Below are positions 61,613 through 64,000 of a stretch of 64,000 bases of DNA, in pieces. Position 1 is the stretch's first letter, and each line of letters opens with the position of its first letter. Origin of the DNA: Felis catus. Taxonomy: Eukaryota. Under the pieces are notes generated by a model. That model did no database searches. It was not told where the DNA came from and worked only from the letters and a program-made list of their open reading frames with translations. The position numbers were made by a program, and so were the translations under genes. The DNA lies in contig NC_058368.1 in the NCBI RefSeq assembly GCF_018350175.1, positions 11,036,001-11,100,000 on the forward strand. The letters are read 5' to 3'.

Positions 61613-64000
61613 TAAGGAAGGTAAACGAGTTGCTCTCTGTGAATCTGACAAGTTGGGAAGTATTCTCTAATACTCTAAGAGAATACTCTAAGTATTCTCT
61701 GTTGCTGTGCCGCATACTCAACTCGCATTCATGCAACAAGCATTCACCATGCACCTAGAAGATCAAACACTGAGCTACCTCCAGTTTCTGAAGAGTATGG
61801 TTGGGCAGATCAAATTCCTAGAAAAGTAAATAAAAGTCAGCGATGCAGAAAAGCTAAGTGCCAATTTGGTGATGGGGGAGGGTGAGTGGGTGAGCAGTGA
61901 GGGTGGCACTAACTTTTCTTAAATAAGTGCTATTTGGCTACAGTTGCCATGAAGTCCAGATGTTGACACTGACTTTGGATTTTCTCCTCCACCAAGCAGC
62001 CCAATTCCTGGCCTTTTCCGTATTTACTGCCTCACGGTCTCACTTCTCTCCGGGTGTTCAGCCTCAGCGAAGCTGGTTGAAGGGCTCTAGTCATCATGCA
62101 GATGTAACTGATCACACACGACTCTGGGTGGAGGGGTGGTTTTCTCACTGCTGAGCCATATATCTAAGGTTGATTGGCCTTCCTATCAGAGGTATAAAGG
62201 GGAATTACTGTTCTATTTCGTAGACTTCTTAACCACCCCTTCTCAAGCCAGCTACTACACTTGCAAAATGCTTCAGACATTCTCGAACCATACTGGATAT
62301 GTGGCACAAATTGTCTAAAGTACATTTCACCCCCAAACATGTAAGCCCCAGACAGTTCTGATTTCCCTAATAACTTGTCACCCTGTGTATTTACTAGTAA
62401 CATCAATATTACAAAACGGATATTGTGCCGTGAGGCCCAGAGTTGAGAGTAAAGGAGCCTTTCAAGGAAGTAGAAGTCTCATTTGTTAATCACTTGGTAA
62501 ACCCCAGCAAGGAGGATCTAAATATAAATCAGACACTCGAGGAGCTCAGAGTCAGATAGTGAAACAGATACAGTTGCAAGTATTAGAACGCTAATACAAT
62601 TGCATACAGTTCAGTGGTGGCTCAAAGAAGGGAGTTGTCAGTTATGCTGGGGTAGGGAGGTGCTATTAGAGACCCCCACATTATCATGTTAGCACAGTCA
62701 ACTGCAAAACATATTAACCAAGGGCCTTCTGCATATGGGACGTAGCACCCAGCGGCTGGTTTACACATCAAGATGGCACAGTGGGAATGTAGACCAGGGA
62801 GCTGCCCACGTAGTCACATCTAACCCCGTCCTGTCCACACACACGGCCCCATCTGAGCTGAGGTCCTGTCTCAGCCATCAGCATACCCACACTGACACAA
62901 TTTCTGTTCCTATAAGGGTGGCTCAGAAGTTCTGTCCCTGTCTGCTGAGATTGAGAATGTGTTCATCGTACATAAAATAGGCGACAGGTGCTGAAGCAAG
63001 CAATTGAAAGGTAAACTCCTACCTGATCCCAATATAACCCCACGTAACCCAATATAACCACAGAAAGTTAACAATGGAAGGGAATAGGGAGAGAAGCTTT
63101 GAGAATGAGTGTGACTTTGGGTCAAATAACAGATGACTCATAAGTGAAGAATAAATGAAAACCTTGAAACTGAAAATGAGAAAGTCAATTTGATGCAAAA
63201 GGGGGAACATTATGATAAAGGATTCCCGTGACTAAGTGAAATGGAAGCTGATGTATTAGAGATGAAGACCCAGCTGGCAGCTCAGCAGTCCCATGAGGGT
63301 TGAAGAAGGGGGAAGCTAGGTGACCGTTCTGTGCCCGGTAATAATAATAGCAAAGGGGAGGAGAAGGGAGTAACAAGAGATTAAACAATGACAACAACAC
63401 CCCCTAGTCTGTGGAACCCTCAACACAAGCATGGTTTAAAAATAAACTAAAAGACAACAAATTGTTCTTCCAAGCTGCACCAGGTATCTGTATACACCCA
63501 GACACCTTTTTCATGGATCAGGAGAAGGTATCAAATCTAAAAACAAAACAAAACAAAACAAACAAACAAGAAACCTCCCCCCACCTGAAATCTAGGGATT
63601 CAAAGACAGATTCAAACCTAGAATGGAAAGAGAGAACAGAAGTGTCATACTTGAGATATAAAAAAGGAGATGGTGATCGGAATATGGACAGGTCTGGCCA
63701 CAGAAGCCACATTGACTGGTGAGGCAGAAGCCCTGAATCCTGACCCCACTACTGCTCCTATGCAGCCCCTGTGGTCCTGGAGACAAGGTTGCCCAGTGTG
63801 TTTCTGTTTCCTTGCTGGTAAAACAAGAGGAATGGAATACATATGTTCTAAGATCCTTGCCACACTTAAAGGATGTAAAGAATAGACTATAAAGTGAATC
63901 CAGTTTTTATAACAAGTTCAAAGTGAATTCACCACTCAGGAAGAATCAGATTTCTATCAGTTTGTAATATACTTTTTTTTTTAGATTGTCAACCCACTCT

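Noticed and set aside
1..64000. Recurrent short ORFs such as MAQSVERLTSAQVMIS...AQSLEPASDSVSPSLS
   Set aside because: These are translations of CAN-SINE copies, not a gene family.

Overview
Eukaryotic DNA, very probably from a felid (cat family). The evidence is about 20 tRNA-derived CAN-SINEs, several carrying the feliform internal segment GTGCTGACAGCTCAGAGCCTGGAGCC, and young L1 3' ends of the cat type. I found no credible protein-coding exon. The one gene feature is a CpG-island promoter at about 34.8-35.7 kb (GC boxes, CCAAT, no TATA). It probably drives a + strand first exon that contains a 14-codon uORF and ends at a donor at 35330/35331. I cannot name the gene. On this reading 1-34.8 kb is upstream sequence and 35.3-64 kb is mostly intron 1. 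Much of the window is layered transposon fossils: L1 (two 5'-inverted twin-priming insertions), HAL1, L2, CR1/L3, MIR, ERVL/MaLR and ERV1-like LTRs, and hAT and Tc1/mariner elements, including a Kanga-like transposase relic. I did not find a convincing novel biological system. The best leads are the uORF exon, a multi-hairpin element at 18.4 kb, candidate intronic enhancers, nested insertions reusing one target site, and templated-insertion scars. Repeat subfamily names are from my recall of consensus sequences and need RepeatMasker/Dfam confirmation.
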